Virus genome (UHGV): UHGV-0011871
Direction: 5' to 3' (one strand)
Source: a virus
Length of the DNA stretch: 61,028 nucleotides
Made by a program: the position numbers and the translations under genes. A model generated the notes under the pieces. The model ran no database searches. It had not been told where the DNA came from and was given only the letters and a program-made list of their open reading frames with translations. This document shows, piece by piece, positions 36,876-46,369 of this stretch (positions are counted from its first letter, which is position 1; the number at the start of each line of letters is the position of its first letter).

Positions 36876-39313
36876 CGCAGCTGTGCTCCGCAGTTATTAC
36901 ATTCGTGACAGCCTGCTCGTTCGATTACTTCGCCTTGACGGCATACCGGACAATGATCGCCGATGTCAGTACCGAACGTTACCGTATCCTCCAACGGCTT
37001 TACCGGAGCCTCGTACTGGACTTTTACCTCCGCCTCGATGTCTTTGTCTCGGGAGTTCTCTTCGGCTGTCAGCGATAGCACCTGTGCGTCCCTAGAGCCA
37101 TCCACGTAGACAGTTCCACCTTTCGCACCGCCTTTGTACAGCCGCTCGTATACAGCTTGCACTTGCTCGACGGAATAGCCTTTCGGTGCATTTACCGTTT
37201 TACTCAACGAGGAGTCAACGTGCTTCTGAATAGCGTTCTGAACATCCGCATGTGCTTCCGGTGTAAGGGACATCGCTGTGACAAATTCTTTCGGCAGGTT
37301 ATCCGCATCTACGCCCAGTTCCTCTACGATAGCTGCGTTAACTTCCATGAACTTTCCTAGTCGTCCACTGCGGAAGTATTTGAATGCGAAGTACGGCTCT
37401 AGTCCCGTGGATACTCCGACCATTGAACCGGTTGAACCCGTAGGTGCTACCGTCAGTAGGTGAGAGTTACGAATACCGTGCTTCAATACGCCATGCTTCG
37501 TATATGCAGGCATACGTTTCATGTAGCCGGACTCGATGAATCTTTCACGTAGGTCTTGCGTAGATTCCACGTCTTCACCGATTAGGAACGGGAATGAACC
37601 CTTTTCCTTCGCAAGATCGATAGATGTTTGGTAGGCTTCGTGTGCCATTGTTTCGAATACCTTTTCGATCAGTTCGATTGACTCGGGGCTTCCGTACTCG
37701 ATACCGCAGTAAATCAACATGTCAGCGAGGCCCATTACGCCAAGTCCGACACGTCGCTCTCCTAACGCCTGCTTCTCGTTAGCTGGCAGGAAGTACGGAG
37801 TAGAATCGATTACATTGTCCTGCATACGTACGCCCACTCTTACTGTGTTACGTAGCTTTTGGAAGTCGACCTGCTTCGTCTGCTTATTGACCATGTTCGC
37901 AAGGTTAACGGCAGCTAGGTTACATACGGAGTAAGGAGCCAACGGTTGCTCTCCGCACGGATTCGTACATACAACCTTCTGACCGTAGGCACTAGCGTTA
38001 GTTTCGTCATTCGCATTGTCGATGAAGAAGATACCTGGCTCGGCTGCATACGTCGCACAAATATTGACTAACTGCCATAATTGCTTCGCTTTAATCGTGC
38101 GGTACGTTTTAACCGGAAGATGCCATTCTCGCACGTCTCCGACCTCGTGCCATTTAGCGTTGTATTCCGCCATCTGCTCCGGCGAGTAGTTTTCTACGTC
38201 CGGGAAGCGAAGATCGTAGTCGGCATCGGCTTCGACCGCTTCCATAAAGTCTTTCGTAAACGCGACGGAAATGTTTGCGCCGGAAAGGAAGTCCGGATTA
38301 TGGACGGAGTAGTGGCCGCCGTCGTTAAGTAGGTTTTCGGCATATGCTAAGCTATCGTCGGAGATTGCGTGGGTTATGGTCGCTGTCAAAGACTCCTGCT
38401 CAACTACCGATAACGGCGTAAACTTAAGCTTTTGCTGCGCCAAGCTGCGTATTTCCTCGTCGTCCGTAGTCTCGATAATGAAGCGCAAGATTTTCGGATT
38501 CTGCATTTTCGAGATAATGAACTCGAGAATATCGGGATGCCAATCGGCTAGCATTATCATTTGTGCTCCACGTCTGCTACCGCCCTGCTCGACTAGGTGC
38601 GTTAGCTTCGCAATATCATCGAGCCAAGATACAGCACCGGAGGACTTACCGTTTACGCCTCGGGCCAATGCATTGCGTGGACGTAGCGTAGAACCGTTCG
38701 TACCTACACCGCCACCTCGGCTCATGATTTCCATTACTTCGTTACGATGTTCACCGATGCCCTCACGGCTGTCTTTCGGATACGGCATTACGTAGCAATT
38801 GAAGTAGGTTACGTTCTGCTCCGAACCTGCTCCGTAGATTACCCGACCTGCCGGCACGAAGTTAAGATTGACAAGTTCGTGGTAAAAATCGGCTTCGCTT
38901 TCTTTTCGTTTACTTTCGTCTGTCTCGACCGCAGCTAGCCCTCTTGCGTTCCTTTTCGCTATTTGCTCGTAGAACAATTCGAGGGGCTTGTCGACTACTT
39001 TGCGGTGAACCTTGATTTCCTTTCCACCGGCTTGCCCTTCGTACTGCTCTTCGAGTTCTACCGTGATATGGTTGCCCTCGATCTTCGCTACGTTACCGAT
39101 TCCTCTTGCCGGAAAATTCGGGTCAGGATTAATCGTCAGGACGACTAGGTCACCGACTTTCAGCGTGGACAGCTTCGTATCTTTGAATGAGTAACGGTCG
39201 AGCATGATTAGCCTCGACACGCCCTCGAATGTTTTCGTCATATCTTCGGTGATCGGAGCCACCTGCGGAAAGTTCTTTATGTCTTCGTTCAGTTGTTGAA
39301 TATCGAATCTCAA
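36863..39313 (-). CDS. nrdJ: ribonucleotide reductase, class II (adenosylcobalamin-dependent, NrdJ-like)
   Basis: 'NLNFVPAGRVIYGAG' and the 'CTNPCGEQPL' cysteine loop. C-terminal Zn ribbon 'CPVCRQG...CHECNNC'. No NrdB/NrdF partner in the window. TTG start with an AAGGAGGG RBS. Confidence 0.75.
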   Translation of the reverse strand: MRFDIQQLNEDIKNFPQVAPITEDMTKTFEGVSRLIMLDRYSFKDTKLSTLKVGDLVVLTINPDPNFPARGIGNVAKIEGNHITVELEEQYEGQAGGKEIKVHRKVVDKPLELFYEQIAKRNARGLAAVETDESKRKESEADFYHELVNLNFVPAGRVIYGAGSEQNVTYFNCYVMPYPKDSREGIGEHRNEVMEIMSRGGGVGTNGSTLRPRNALARGVNGKSSGAVSWLDDIAKLTHLVEQGGSRRGAQMIMLADWHPDILEFIISKMQNPKILRFIIETTDDEEIRSLAQQKLKFTPLSVVEQESLTATITHAISDDSLAYAENLLNDGGHYSVHNPDFLSGANISVAFTKDFMEAVEADADYDLRFPDVENYSPEQMAEYNAKWHEVGDVREWHLPVKTYRTIKAKQLWQLVNICATYAAEPGIFFIDNANDETNASAYGQKVVCTNPCGEQPLAPYSVCNLAAVNLANMVNKQTKQVDFQKLRNTVRVGVRMQDNVIDSTPYFLPANEKQALGERRVGLGVMGLADMLIYCGIEYGSPESIELIEKVFETMAHEAYQTSIDLAKEKGSFPFLIGEDVESTQDLRERFIESGYMKRMPAYTKHGVLKHGIRNSHLLTVAPTGSTGSMVGVSTGLEPYFAFKYFRSGRLGKFMEVNAAIVEELGVDADNLPKEFVTAMSLTPEAHADVQNAIQKHVDSSLSKTVNAPKGYSVEQVQAVYERLYKGGAKGGTVYVDGSRDAQVLSLTAEENSRDKDIEAEVKVQYEAPVKPLEDTVTFGTDIGDHCPVCRQGEVIERAGCHECNNCGAQLRCGL

Positions 39314-39487
39314 TTAAACGCCCTCCTTTTTGTCGTAACTGCCCTGTTTGATTTGCTTTAACGCTAATAACGTTTGGTCTTCCTCTCGTTCCAGTTCTTC
39401 GAGTCTTAGCCGTGCCTGACGTTGCCTTGCCCGAATGTCTGCGAGTGACGTTTCCAGGCTTTCGATTAACGCTTGCTCTAGGTTCAT
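39314..39487 (-). CDS. hypothetical coiled-coil protein (57 aa)
   Basis: Not in the ORF track. Its stop abuts the RNR TTG start; RBS (GAAGGTGAAG). Confidence 0.3.
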   Translation of the reverse strand: MNLEQALIESLETSLADIRARQRQARLRLEELEREEDQTLLALKQIKQGSYDKKEGV

Positions 39488-39714
39488 TCGGCTTCACCTT
39501 CAATCGCTTCTTTCGGACTGTTTCCGGATAATGCTCCGAATATAAGAGCACCCATGAATAGCCATGCCATTAGTGCCGGTGTACTTGCGAAGTCCACTCG
39601 GATAGCATCGCCAATCACCGGAATAATGTCGACAATCACTCCGAAGAAACTGCCGAGCAACGCCATGAAGATTAAGCCGACGGGAATTACGATTAAATTT
39701 AAAAGGAATCTCAT
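39484..39714 (-). CDS. small membrane protein
   Basis: Three hydrophobic helices. Confidence 0.4.
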   Translation of the reverse strand: MRFLLNLIVIPVGLIFMALLGSFFGVIVDIIPVIGDAIRVDFASTPALMAWLFMGALIFGALSGNSPKEAIEGEAE

Positions 39715-40127
39715 TCGCTTTCCTCCTTCAACGGTTTCTGAATCGTGGCTAGCTTACCGTCCATATCGACAATTTCGTATCCTTCGTCGATAACCATTTG
39801 GATGTCCGTAATTACTACTTGATGTTCGAGGTACTCAGTGCTGTCTACGTCGTGCAAGTGATATGCCACGAGAATGCCTACGACGAACATAGTCAGTCCT
39901 ACGAAAGCCATGAGCCAGTTATCCTCGCCCACCCCGACTATCATATAGAACAGACCTACCGCCATGAGGATTCCCCCGACAAGAATCGCAACTATCCCGA
40001 GTCCGTCCAATGCTGTATACGTTTCAGTCGTTAGAATCTGCATTATATGCTCACCCACTTTGTTATCGTGACTTCTCGCTTCTCTACCTCGTCGATGTCT
40101 GCATCGCCATAGTCTTCGTAATACCAA
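39711..40127 (-). CDS. membrane protein
   Basis: Two TM helices. Confidence 0.4.
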   Translation of the reverse strand: MVLRRLWRCRHRRGREARSHDNKVGEHIMQILTTETYTALDGLGIVAILVGGILMAVGLFYMIVGVGEDNWLMAFVGLTMFVVGILVAYHLHDVDSTEYLEHQVVITDIQMVIDEGYEIVDMDGKLATIQKPLKEESE

Positions 40128-40321
40128 TCCGTGAACGGAGAACCTGACCGAGTAACGTCGGTACGGTAATATTTGACTCCATCCGTGAAGATTACCTCGG
40201 CAGTTTGATATTTACCGTCTTGCTCGAAGTCTCCCTGCTCAGAAAGAAATAAAGTTACACCGTCTACATCGACTTCCCCTTGTCTAAACAGATCGATAAC
40301 TTGCTCGTTAGTTAGTTGCAT
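40043..40321 (-). CDS. hypothetical acidic protein
   Basis: 92-aa ORF. Confidence 0.35.
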   Translation of the reverse strand: MQLTNEQVIDLFRQGEVDVDGVTLFLSEQGDFEQDGKYQTAEVIFTDGVKYYRTDVTRSGSPFTDWYYEDYGDADIDEVEKREVTITKWVSI

Positions 40322-40898
40322 TACTAATCGCCTCCAGGTCGAATTTATTCAGCTTGCCGTGTACATCCGGCATTAAGCCGAGTTGAATCCCATATGCCAA
40401 TGCGATACATACCGCATCTGATTCGTCGTCACGTTTGAACTCTCCGGTGTAGCCGGTTAACTCTCGGACTGCTGTCTCGACTTCGTGCTTCTCCGCCTTC
40501 CCTTTGCCGACAACTAACGTCTTGGCTCGAGACTGCGATACACCATGCGCCTGCTTACGCTTTCCAGTTTTAGTATAGTACACGTATTTGTCGAACTCGT
40601 AGTCATGTGCATGAACGGCTCTTTCGGTAGCTGCCCATGCCGCAAATACGGGGTAATTCTGCTGAGACGACATGCCTTGGAAGTCTTCACGTCCGACATA
40701 GTCGAACTTTCTCCGCTTGTGCTCGTGCATGAAAAGAGTGGCCCACGATTCGACGATTGCGAACCGTAGGGCTAGGGGCTGTGCTGACGAGGTTACTACG
40801 TGGCTTACATCGAGTACTGTCGGCTTGCCTTTCTTGAAGTCTACGAGCGCTGCCCCAGGAGCACCGAGGCTCGTATCGAACGTCAGGATGCGAGTCAT
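40308..40898 (-). CDS. RuvC-like Holliday junction resolvase
   Basis: 'ILTFDTSLGAPGAALVD' is RuvC motif I; the size (196 aa) is consistent. Confidence 0.55.
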   Translation of the reverse strand: MTRILTFDTSLGAPGAALVDFKKGKPTVLDVSHVVTSSAQPLALRFAIVESWATLFMHEHKRRKFDYVGREDFQGMSSQQNYPVFAAWAATERAVHAHDYEFDKYVYYTKTGKRKQAHGVSQSRAKTLVVGKGKAEKHEVETAVRELTGYTGEFKRDDESDAVCIALAYGIQLGLMPDVHGKLNKFDLEAISNATN

Positions 40899-41062
40899 TG
40901 CGTCAGCCTCCCGATCAATAGAGCCGAGTGGTAATTGTCTGTCCGGCTGTACTGCACCTCAACGTCGTACCCGTCTGCCTGCATGTGATTGATTGCTTCT
41001 GATAGTTCGTCGATGAAGTCTGTTTCATATCGAGTGCGGACGAGTAATACTTTTCCGATCAT
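40895..41062 (-). CDS. hypothetical protein (55 aa)
   Basis: Not in the ORF track; ATGA overlap with the RuvC start. Confidence 0.3.
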   Translation of the reverse strand: MIGKVLLVRTRYETDFIDELSEAINHMQADGYDVEVQYSRTDNYHSALLIGRLTQ

Positions 41063-42069
41063 AGGCTATCACGCTCCTCTCGTATCCGTTCGATAGTCCG
41101 CAGGCATTCTGCGTAGGTTTCCTTAATGAACTTCGGCATACCCGAACGCATGACACGGTTCTTCTTACGTCGTATCTCCTCGACCTCTTCGTCAGTCATT
41201 TCCAGTGCGATGATTTTCTTGAACGAGTTAAACGTCCACTTCTCGGGGTCGAGTGCCGGAGGTTCCATATCGTTTACAGCTTCGAGAACTTCGACGAAAT
41301 AATCGAATACCTCTTCCTTGTCCTTCTGAGTAATTTCGATGCCGAACGCTCTAATGTCCGGTGACTTTTCGTACTCACCTTCGGGGTATTCCCACCCTTT
41401 ATGTGCCGTGTTAACGTACAGTACGATGAAGTAGTCAAGATCGAACATTTCAGCGTAACTTACGCATTGCTTAACGTGCTTAATGTCCGGCTCTTTCAAC
41501 GAGTACAGCGATGTCCTAGCTGCTGACGTTTGCTTCGTTTTGATTTCGAGTCCCACTCGGATGATTTCGCCAGTCTCAGGATGTGCGTATTCCATAACAC
41601 CGTCGGTAGCCCCGAACAGATAGAACGACCAATCCTTGTGCTCGACTTTCTTGTTCTTTTTCGAGAACTCCTCGAACATCGGTTGCCCCTTCTTCGTACG
41701 CTCGAAACGGAACCTCGAAGGGAATGAACCCTTTTCAGCGAGGTTACGTTCCATAGCGAGTACCGTACGTTGAATCATGTCACCGACACGAGTACCGATG
41801 TCCTGCCATCTGCCTTGATACGGCGGCTTCCGATCTTCGTCCTTCTCCGCCCTAATCGATTTATAGTAAAGTTCTCGCTGACATGAGTTAGCTGCGGAAG
41901 GTGAGAAGTACGGTCGCTTCGGAAATACATTCGGAGCATCTACATACCATTCGTGAATCTGTGCATCCAGTTCGTTATCCCAAACCTCGGGCAACGAGTA
42001 CCATTCGTCTAGGTGTCGTACAAAATCGTCTGCTACCGCCTGTATGTCTACTTTCGTTGCTTTAGTCAA
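41059..42069 (-). CDS. PD-(D/E)xK recombination exonuclease (YqaJ / lambda-exo-like)
   Basis: 'FSPSAANSCQRELYYKS' ... 'VGLEIKTK' fits the YqaJ-type viral recombinase exonuclease family. Confidence 0.55.
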   Translation of the reverse strand: MTKATKVDIQAVADDFVRHLDEWYSLPEVWDNELDAQIHEWYVDAPNVFPKRPYFSPSAANSCQRELYYKSIRAEKDEDRKPPYQGRWQDIGTRVGDMIQRTVLAMERNLAEKGSFPSRFRFERTKKGQPMFEEFSKKNKKVEHKDWSFYLFGATDGVMEYAHPETGEIIRVGLEIKTKQTSAARTSLYSLKEPDIKHVKQCVSYAEMFDLDYFIVLYVNTAHKGWEYPEGEYEKSPDIRAFGIEITQKDKEEVFDYFVEVLEAVNDMEPPALDPEKWTFNSFKKIIALEMTDEEVEEIRRKKNRVMRSGMPKFIKETYAECLRTIERIREERDSL

Positions 42070-42080
42070 AGAACCACTCC

Positions 42081-42260
42081 TTACTCGTATTTAGTATTCG
42101 TTGTTTTCGTGCTAACTTCGTTGTATTTCGTATCGAAGCGCTCGTAACCCTCACCGTTGAATTGAATGTTGGTTACTGGGCCTTGACCGTTGTACTTCGG
42201 TTGGAATGGCAGTCCGTAACGCTTCGCTTCTGCCCGTCTTTCTCGTCTACTTGCTTTCAC
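42081..42260 (-). CDS. hypothetical basic protein (59 aa, GTG start)
   Basis: An AAGGAGG sits 9 nt upstream of the GTG. Not in the ORF track. Confidence 0.25.
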   Translation of the reverse strand: MKASRRERRAEAKRYGLPFQPKYNGQGPVTNIQFNGEGYERFDTKYNEVSTKTTNTKYE

Positions 42261-42346
42261 TTAGCATCGCCTCCTTAACTGCTTCCGCAGGTGTAATCCC
42301 TGTGAACGTGACTTCTCCGCCTAGGAGCAACGTCGGTACGCATGAA

Positions 42347-42499
42347 CTAGTTCCCCAATTTTCCCTGACGTTTTAATCTCTCGTGGCAGGCGTTACAATA
42401 AACCTTTTCTCCTACCCGTTTTCCGTCATAATACGGAGCCTCGAAACAAACATAGTTACAAACTTCGCATTTCTCATCGAATAAACTCGGTCTACTCAT
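42347..42499 (-). CDS. zinc-ribbon protein (50 aa)
   Basis: 'CEVCNYVC...CNACHERL'; RBS (GAGGGGGG). Not in the ORF track. Confidence 0.3.
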   Translation of the reverse strand: MSRPSLFDEKCEVCNYVCFEAPYYDGKRVGEKVYCNACHERLKRQGKLGN

Positions 42500-42541
42500 A
42501 TCTTAGCCCCCCTCGTTTTTGTTTCGTTAGTTTTCGCATTA

Positions 42542-43801
42542 TTACGCCAATCCTCTCTCTTTAAGTACGGATTGAACCGCCTCTTGCATCGCTTTGACGA
42601 GTGCTTCTTCCAGTGACTCCTCTTCGACTTTCTCGACTTCCCCGACCTTAACGAAGTAATCCGCATCTACATAGTAAGTTTCACCGACTGTACCCGGCAT
42701 AGTCCGATGTTCGAGAACCTTTACTCGGATTTCACCATCGTTGACCTCGATTACTTCTCCTTTTGTCATATCTGCGGTTGTAATTCCGTAGTGTCTCGAA
42801 GATTCGGGAGTTCCCGTTACGATGTCTCCGACTTGTAACTTCGGCTCCTCTTCGATCAACTCGACTTGTTTTTCGCCAATCCATCCGTCCTCTTCGACTC
42901 TCCACGCTGGACCGTAATCGGTAGTATCAAAGTCAGGTAGACGTTCTTTCAGTGTGTAAATACTGCCAGTACGGATGCCACGTACTTTGTCGCCTGCTTT
43001 TAGTTTTGCGAAATCGGCTTCCTCGACGATGTCCTCGGCTTTCCTTTCAAGTAACTCGACTTCGAAGTCTCTAATCGGTCGATCGTTTTCCTCGACGAAG
43101 AATCTGCCGTCGTCCTCGGAGGCAATCTCAGAAATCGTAAGGACATCGCCATTAGCGTACTGACCTTCCGTGCCGAAAGCGCTGACGACTTTTACTTTAT
43201 CTCCGACTTGCGGACGGAGTTTATCATCGTACTTTCTAGTGGTAGGCCCGACTAGCTTGACTTGGTCTTCGCCAACCCATCCGAACGAATACTCCTCTAC
43301 TGACCATGCGGCTCCGTAATCACCGTCCACATCCTTCCGACGTGCTTTCAACGTGAATACCTCGCCATCCATTAACGATGCGACCTTGTCTCCGACTTTA
43401 AATCTCGCAATGTCTACTAACTCGAAGTGTTTCGCATCTACGTAGTAAGTTGCACCAACTTCGTGCGGCATCGTTTTATGCTCGAGAACCTTTACTCGGA
43501 TGTCTCCGTGGTAGACCTCGATTACTTTACCCTTCGTCATGTCTTCGTCCGTGATGTAATATGGAGCGCCTTCCGTTGCAGTAACGATGTCTCCGACTTT
43601 GAACGGATTTACTGGACGGAGGCTAGTCGCATCTGCGTAACCTCTACGGTCGCCTTTATAAACTGCGTAGCTGTCGGGTCTTGTCTGAGGTATATATGAC
43701 GGGTAATCACCGATTACAACCTCGTCTCCGACTTCAAATCCGCCCAATGTAGATTCCAGTTTCGTAATTACCGCTTTGTCACCTTTTTTAAATTTCGCCA
43801 T
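42542..43801 (-). CDS. KVGD-repeat protein (internal-repeat, SH3/KOW-like modules)
   Basis: About eight '(F/L)KVGDxV' modules. The N- and C-terminal ~60 aa are near-duplicates ('VGDIVTATEGAPYYITDEDMTKGKVIEVYHGDIRVKVLEH' versus 'VGDIVTGTPESSRHYGITTADMTKGEVIEVNDGEIRVKVLEH'). Confidence 0.5.
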   Translation of the reverse strand: MAKFKKGDKAVITKLESTLGGFEVGDEVVIGDYPSYIPQTRPDSYAVYKGDRRGYADATSLRPVNPFKVGDIVTATEGAPYYITDEDMTKGKVIEVYHGDIRVKVLEHKTMPHEVGATYYVDAKHFELVDIARFKVGDKVASLMDGEVFTLKARRKDVDGDYGAAWSVEEYSFGWVGEDQVKLVGPTTRKYDDKLRPQVGDKVKVVSAFGTEGQYANGDVLTISEIASEDDGRFFVEENDRPIRDFEVELLERKAEDIVEEADFAKLKAGDKVRGIRTGSIYTLKERLPDFDTTDYGPAWRVEEDGWIGEKQVELIEEEPKLQVGDIVTGTPESSRHYGITTADMTKGEVIEVNDGEIRVKVLEHRTMPGTVGETYYVDADYFVKVGEVEKVEEESLEEALVKAMQEAVQSVLKERGLA

Positions 43802-43838
43802 TTAATATCGCTCCCTCGAGGCTTTCCGCCCGTTATTT

Positions 43839-43890
43839 GCCTTACACTTACTAATAGACCATTTTGAGTGTTTCGTGGACCACGTTTTAC
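43839..43890 (-). promoter_or_regulatory. conserved phage motif, copy B
   Basis: 'CCTTACACTTACTAATAGACCA-N14-TGGACCACGTTTT', between the polA stop and the KVGD-repeat gene. Confidence 0.45.
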
Positions 43891-46145
43891 ATTTTTTCTT
43901 TTTTAGCGAACCACGCTTCGACCTTCATACCTTCGCCCCAACGCTCCATTACCTCAAGATCGGTGCCGTTCGGTACAATATCGCCCCACGGATAACTCTC
44001 GATCATGAGACGTTCGATAACCTTCGCATCCTCACGAGTGAAGTCGGCAGGCACTTCGAATATCAATTCATCGTGGATTGTTCCCCATAACGCCCATCCC
44101 TCCCTACGTTGGCACTCCTCGTGCGCTTTAATCATCGTCACTTTCGTTTGGATAGCCGATGAACCCTGTACACGGGCATTCGTAGCCTGACGCAATGCAC
44201 GGCTGATACGGCTGTTATGCAGGCGCTGCTCTTCGTATTTGGGGTCGTAATACTTGTTCCACGGTATTTGCTTACGGCTTAACTTAGCGTCCGGCAAACG
44301 GCGTTTACGGTACTTCTTATCGGCCCATACGAAGCCGTGTTTCTTCGCAAATTCGCTGTTACCTTCGAGCCATGCTTGTAGCTTCGGCATGGAACCGAAA
44401 ATCTCTTCCTTGAACTGTTTGGCGGAATCCTTATCGGTGCCCAACATATCTGCGAGTGAAAAATCCGACATCCCATATAGGGTCGCTAACCATACGACTT
44501 TCATCTGCTTACGTTCCTTCGTATCTGAGCCGTCAGGTAACTTATTGACTTCCTCGTACGGACGCTTGTAATATGTTGCGGCCATCATTGCGTAAGGGTC
44601 ACGATTCGTCAGGAACGCATCGATCAATACCGGCTCCTGCGATAAGTACGCAACGCATCGGATTTCCTGCGCTTTAAAGTCGGCACCGATTAATACCTTG
44701 CCTGGCGGTGCCATGAACATCGGACGTGCTTCCTGCGGCTGATTCTGTACGTTGAATCCTTGATTGGTCGTATCTGCTTCGTCTTTGCCCGAACTGAATC
44801 GTCCCGTTACCGTACCCATCGGGTTAAACCTCGAATGCCAACGTTTAGTAGTCGGATTCTGTTTCGTAGGCAAAGTGTCGATATACGTTCCACTTAGCTT
44901 CGTGACTGCCTTGTATTCCAGTAGCTTTGCGATTACCTCATGCTTACCTTTCAACGGCTTTAGCGTACGTTTCGCATCCAAGTTAGGCAGTTTCTTGCCG
45001 ATCTTCTTAGATAACGCAGGTTTCATCTGATGCGGAGAATTAAGGTTCAGTTCCTCGTCTCCTTCGTGATAAGGCGATAGTTCCTTAATGAGCCATTCTC
45101 GCAGTTCCTCGGCTTGTCGGTGTAACTGCTCCCCGTACTCCTTTGCGAATTCCAGGTCGAGGATGTAGCCGTTTGCTTCCATCGCCACTACGACGTATAG
45201 AATCGGCACTTCTACCGTTTGGTAATATTCGAGTAGCGTCGGCATCTTCCTGTAGTATTTCATTTGATACTCGTACAGTTTCCAAGTCAGGTGCGTATCT
45301 TTAGCTGCATACACGAGTGCGATGTCGAGTGGAATATCGGAGAATAACGTCTTGCCGAATAGTTCCCCGAACGTATCCGACTCCACCTTGAGGTACTTCG
45401 GTGCTAGGTCTTTCAGCTTGAACGATTCCTCGTTTTCATTCAGAACGTGCATAGCCGTCATTGTATCCCATACAACCCCGAGAAGATCGGAGCCATGTCG
45501 TCTGAACATTGCTATATCGAATATGGCGTTATGTGCGACTTTGCCCTTCGATTCATCCCGTAGGAACTTGTCTAAGCCATTTAGAACGTATTCCCTCGAT
45601 AGTTGGTGCGTAGCTTCGTTATGCGCCACCGGAATGTATACGTGCCAATCTGCTTTCGGTAAGGTTATAGAAATACCGACGATAACGTCTGTGTAAACGT
45701 CAACGCCGGTAGTCTCGGTGTCTATTGCTACGATAGGTTCGAATAGGAGTGAGTCTACGAGGATTTTAAACCTATCTGCCGTAGTGATTAATTCGTAGTT
45801 GTCCGGTGTATTCTTGACCATGTTCGCAAGTGATTCCTCACGCTTTTTCTTAGCGAGGATTTCGTATAGACGCTTGGCTTCCGCAGCCGAGAACTTGCCT
45901 TGCTTTTTGCCTGCCGGAACAGGTTCTCGACCGACCTCGCCATTCATCATTGCTTCGTACACTTCGTCAAGCCGCTTTTGGTCAAGACCGCCCTTCGTGT
46001 AGGCTTTCGATTGCTTAATCCTTGCCCACGCTTCTTCTAGCGTTTCAGTTGCGTCCTTCTTACGTGACTCAGCTTCCTTCGCTTTCGCTTTGCCTTCGGA
46101 TTCTGCTTCGCCTTTCAGCTTGATTTTTCCGATTTTTATATTCAC
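43887..46145 (-). CDS. DNA polymerase I-like (family A) with 3'-5' exonuclease domain
   Basis: Exo I 'IVAIDTETTGVD', polymerase motif A 'GADFKAQEIRCVAYLS', motif B 'RQATNARVQGSSA' and motif C 'WGTIHDELIFE'. Confidence 0.8.
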   Translation of the reverse strand: MNIKIGKIKLKGEAESEGKAKAKEAESRKKDATETLEEAWARIKQSKAYTKGGLDQKRLDEVYEAMMNGEVGREPVPAGKKQGKFSAAEAKRLYEILAKKKREESLANMVKNTPDNYELITTADRFKILVDSLLFEPIVAIDTETTGVDVYTDVIVGISITLPKADWHVYIPVAHNEATHQLSREYVLNGLDKFLRDESKGKVAHNAIFDIAMFRRHGSDLLGVVWDTMTAMHVLNENEESFKLKDLAPKYLKVESDTFGELFGKTLFSDIPLDIALVYAAKDTHLTWKLYEYQMKYYRKMPTLLEYYQTVEVPILYVVVAMEANGYILDLEFAKEYGEQLHRQAEELREWLIKELSPYHEGDEELNLNSPHQMKPALSKKIGKKLPNLDAKRTLKPLKGKHEVIAKLLEYKAVTKLSGTYIDTLPTKQNPTTKRWHSRFNPMGTVTGRFSSGKDEADTTNQGFNVQNQPQEARPMFMAPPGKVLIGADFKAQEIRCVAYLSQEPVLIDAFLTNRDPYAMMAATYYKRPYEEVNKLPDGSDTKERKQMKVVWLATLYGMSDFSLADMLGTDKDSAKQFKEEIFGSMPKLQAWLEGNSEFAKKHGFVWADKKYRKRRLPDAKLSRKQIPWNKYYDPKYEEQRLHNSRISRALRQATNARVQGSSAIQTKVTMIKAHEECQRREGWALWGTIHDELIFEVPADFTREDAKVIERLMIESYPWGDIVPNGTDLEVMERWGEGMKVEAWFAKKEKM

Positions 46146-46357
46146 GTTACCACCCCGACGTTTAATTGCTTGTAGTAATCGATTAGGTCTTCGAAGTTAT
46201 CGAGTAGATATACGAGCATACAATCATCATCGCAGTAGTAATGCTCGTGTCTTTCGTCATAGAGACTAGGCTCCGAGGCACCGCAGGAGACGCACTTAGA
46301 TACGTACTCCTCCGGCAATCCCCGTTCTGTCCAGTCCGGTACATAGTTGCCTCGCAT
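46142..46357 (-). CDS. small zinc-binding protein
   Basis: 'CVSCG...YYCDDDC'. Confidence 0.4.
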   Translation of the reverse strand: MRGNYVPDWTERGLPEEYVSKCVSCGASEPSLYDERHEHYYCDDDCMLVYLLDNFEDLIDYYKQLNVGVVT

Positions 46358-46369
46358 TCTACCGCCTCC

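Noticed and set aside
39150-39551. 133-aa minus-strand ORF overlapping the RNR start
   Set aside because: It overlaps the RNR N-terminus and the small coiled-coil ORF, has an arginine-rich low-complexity translation and no RBS.
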